Shown here: piece after piece, positions 61,975 through 64,000 of the stretch
Numbering within the stretch: the stretch's first letter is position 1
How the letters are laid out: the number at the start of each line of letters is the position of its first letter
Origin: a virus
Direction: 5' to 3' (one strand)
IMG/VR virus record: IMGVR_UViG_3300010401_000006
Location: 1,396-65,395 of that record
DNA length: 64,000 nucleotides
Translations under genes and position numbers: made by a program
Notes under the pieces: model-generated
The model's database searches: none
What the model was told of the DNA's origin: nothing
Seen by the model: the letters and a program-made list of their open reading frames with translations, nothing else

Positions 61975-62177
61975 AGCGCCGCGGCTTCAACGCAGCGCGC
62001 TGGTGCTCTTTCTGCGGGAAACCAAGGGAAGAGGTCTACATGCTGATCGCTGGCCCCGACATGGTCTTCATCTGTGACGAGTGCATTTCAGAAGCGCAGA
62101 ACCTCGTCACGCAGCGCAAAATACAAGATGCGACCACGGCGTCACTGCGGCTTGTGCAGACCGGACAGCCCCTGTAA
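61971..62177 (+). CDS. Stand-alone ClpX C4-type zinc-binding domain
   Basis: [28 protein letters not shown]. Confidence 0.9.
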   Translation: MKRRGFNAARWCSFCGKPREEVYMLIAGPDMVFICDECISEAQNLVTQRKIQDATTASLRLVQTGQPL

Positions 62178-62231
62178 TCTTACACCATGAACCCGCAGAA
62201 ATCTTACATCCGACTGTCGGAAATCTTTACA
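62174..62231 (+). promoter_or_regulatory. AATCTTACA motif cluster upstream of terminase
   Basis: 62176-62184, 62200-62208, variant 62221-62231. Confidence 0.6.
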
Positions 62232-62242
62232 AGCCTTGACGC

Positions 62243-62671
62243 ATGACACTCGCGACCGAACAGGAATTTGAGGCAGCGCTGCGCGCACACAAGGGCATCA
62301 AGTCCCAAGCAGCGGTGGTCCTCGGCATGACGCGGCAGGCCGTTCAGGACCGCGTCGACCGCAGCCCGTACCTCCAAGCCGTGATCCGCGATATCGAGGA
62401 AACCACCCTCGACGTGGCCGAGACCAACATCGGCAAGGCGATGGATGCGGGCGACATGACGACCTCCCGCTGGTACGCTGAACTCAAGGGCGGACAGCGT
62501 GGCTTCCGCCGCAAGATTGAAAACACGGTAGACGAGGATCAGCTTGCAGGAATCGTCGCAGCGTTCGGCGGCAACGTCGACAATCTCAAGGCCTTCCGCG
62601 CGGCCGTTACCGGAGATTCCAGCGTGGCTGAAGAAACCGAAGACGAAGCGAACACTCCTCGCGCTGATTGA
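62243..62671 (+). CDS. Terminase small subunit
   Basis: N-terminal HTH (KSQAAVVLGMTRQAV), LDVAE..I.KA; precedes TerL. Confidence 0.8.
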   Translation: MTLATEQEFEAALRAHKGIKSQAAVVLGMTRQAVQDRVDRSPYLQAVIRDIEETTLDVAETNIGKAMDAGDMTTSRWYAELKGGQRGFRRKIENTVDEDQLAGIVAAFGGNVDNLKAFRAAVTGDSSVAEETEDEANTPRAD

Positions 62672-64000
62672 CGAGGAGATACGGCAGGTCGAGGGGCGGA
62701 AAGCCGCCTATGCCGCCGAACAGCGCTTCCTATCCGAACAAGGCGAGCGCGCATCATTCGAGGATGAAAAGGCCCGCTGTGCCGGTGATATCTTACACTG
62801 GTTCGAGAACTGGGTTTGGACCTACGACCCGCGCCTGGCTGTCACCGTGGATCCTGAGACAGGCCAGCGCCGCGACGGCTATGTGCCGTTCCGCCTGTTC
62901 CCGCGACAGATCGAACTCGTCGAATGGGTCGAACGGCTCATCGAAAACCAGCAGGAAGGCGCCGTCGACAAGTCCCGAGACATCGGCTTCACCTATGTGG
63001 TGGCAGGGGTATGCCTCCACCGCTGGCTGTTCACGCCCGGCTTCAAGGCGACGTTCGGCTCCCGCGAGGCCGATCTTGTGGACGTCCTCGACGATCCTGA
63101 CAGCATATTCGAGAAGATCCGCATAATCTTACGCCGCCTGCCGCTGTGGATGCTGCCGAAGGGTTTCAACTGGTCGCGGCACTCCAACATGATGCGGCTT
63201 GCCAATCCCGAGACAGGGGCGACGATCGCTGGCCAGGCCGGTGATGACATGGGACGCGGCGGGCGATCGAGCCTGTTCGTTGTCGACGAGGCCGCATTCG
63301 TCCGCCACACCAACAAGGTCGCCCGCGCTGTCTCAGGCAACGCCGATTGCATCCTTTGGGCGTCATCCTCGAACGGCATGGGGACGTTCTTCTATCGCAA
63401 GAAGCGCAGCCTGCCGGCCGATCAGGTGTTCCGCTTCCACTACAGTTCCGACCCGCGCAAGACGCCGGAGTGGGTCGCGGCCAAGCGCTCCAACATGGAG
63501 CCAGCCGATTGGGCTGCGGAGTACGAAATCGACGATACGGCATCCCTCGACGGCGTGTGCATCCCCGCAGCATGGGTCCAATCTGCGCAAGCCCTTCTCA
63601 CCTTGGAGCCGGATATCGTCCGCGCGAATATGGGGATCACGGGCGGGGACGTCGGGGCAGGCAAGGCGCGGTCTGTCGTGGTGCACCGGTTCGGCGTCAT
63701 TGTCCTTCCACCCCGCAGCCGCACTGACCCCGACACGACGGACACCGCATACTGGATGCTGGAAGAGTGCGATGCGGCTGGCTCCAAGCTTCTCAATTTT
63801 GACGAACCGGGCGTCGGCAAGGGCGTTCTTTCGATCCTCACCAAGAGCGCTGAGCCCGACGCCGAGGGCACCGCGCGGCCCGGCAAGGGCGTCATCCGCG
63901 TCCCAGTAAACACCGGCGACGTTCCCACGACGCGCATGTGGCCGGACGGCAAGACCAGCCAGCAGAAGTTCGGAAACCTGAAGGCGGAGCTCTGGTGGCT
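62544..64000 (+). CDS. Terminase large subunit (3'-truncated)
   Basis: VWTYDPR...PF.LFPRQ...KSRDIGFTY...GRGGR....VDEAAF...GGDVGAGKA..FDEPGVGKG; open to window end; TTG 62544 with GAGGA RBS is the likely start. Confidence 0.9.
   Translation, partial: MQESSQRSAATSTISRPSARPLPEIPAWLKKPKTKRTLLALIDEEIRQVEGRKAAYAAEQRFLSEQGERASFEDEKARCAGDILHWFENWVWTYDPRLAVTVDPETGQRRDGYVPFRLFPRQIELVEWVERLIENQQEGAVDKSRDIGFTYVVAGVCLHRWLFTPGFKATFGSREADLVDVLDDPDSIFEKIRIILRRLPLWMLPKGFNWSRHSNMMRLANPETGATIAGQAGDDMGRGGRSSLFVVDEAAFVRHTNKVARAVSGNADCILWASSSNGMGTFFYRKKRSLPADQVFRFHYSSDPRKTPEWVAAKRSNMEPADWAAEYEIDDTASLDGVCIPAAWVQSAQALLTLEPDIVRANMGITGGDVGAGKARSVVVHRFGVIVLPPRSRTDPDTTDTAYWMLEECDAAGSKLLNFDEPGVGKGVLSILTKSAEPDAEGTARPGKGVIRVPVNTGDVPTTRMWPDGKTSQQKFGNLKAELWW

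Noticed and set aside
1-64000. tRNA genes, CRISPR array, DGR/retron RT, integrase, IS transposase
   Set aside because: No cloverleaf, regularly spaced repeat array or diagnostic catalytic motifs recognised by eye

Overview
The window looks like most of a long-tailed dsDNA phage genome from an alphaproteobacterial host (it carries GcrA and a GapR-like gene, plus GTA/TP901-1-type tail genes). It starts in the head module and ends inside the large terminase. Order: head genes (MuF-like, Acb1-like 2H phosphoesterase, XkdF-type protease, scaffold, decoration, major capsid); an ~8 kb block of virion-type proteins, four of which carry Sec-type signal peptides and mostly paired cysteines; neck genes; an Acb2/Tad1-like ORF; a ~6.7 kb glycosyltransferase/methyltransferase cassette; tail and tail tip; membrane/lipoprotein genes with no recognisable endolysin; a short leftward operon of small ORFs; a divergent promoter; a rightward early/replication arm (GapR-like, RuvC, GcrA, adenine MTase, DnaB, RecE/RecT, DUF5131, HNH nucleases, stand-alone ClpX zinc finger); terminase. 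No integrase, CI-type repressor, DNA polymerase, tRNA or CRISPR array was recognised. Most unusual: the exported, cysteine-paired appendage cassette next to a putative virion-glycosylation cassette, a ~510 nt highly base-paired non-coding element in the replication arm, and several intergenic pseudoknot-like leaders. All family assignments come from motif recognition by eye; no database search or folding program was run.
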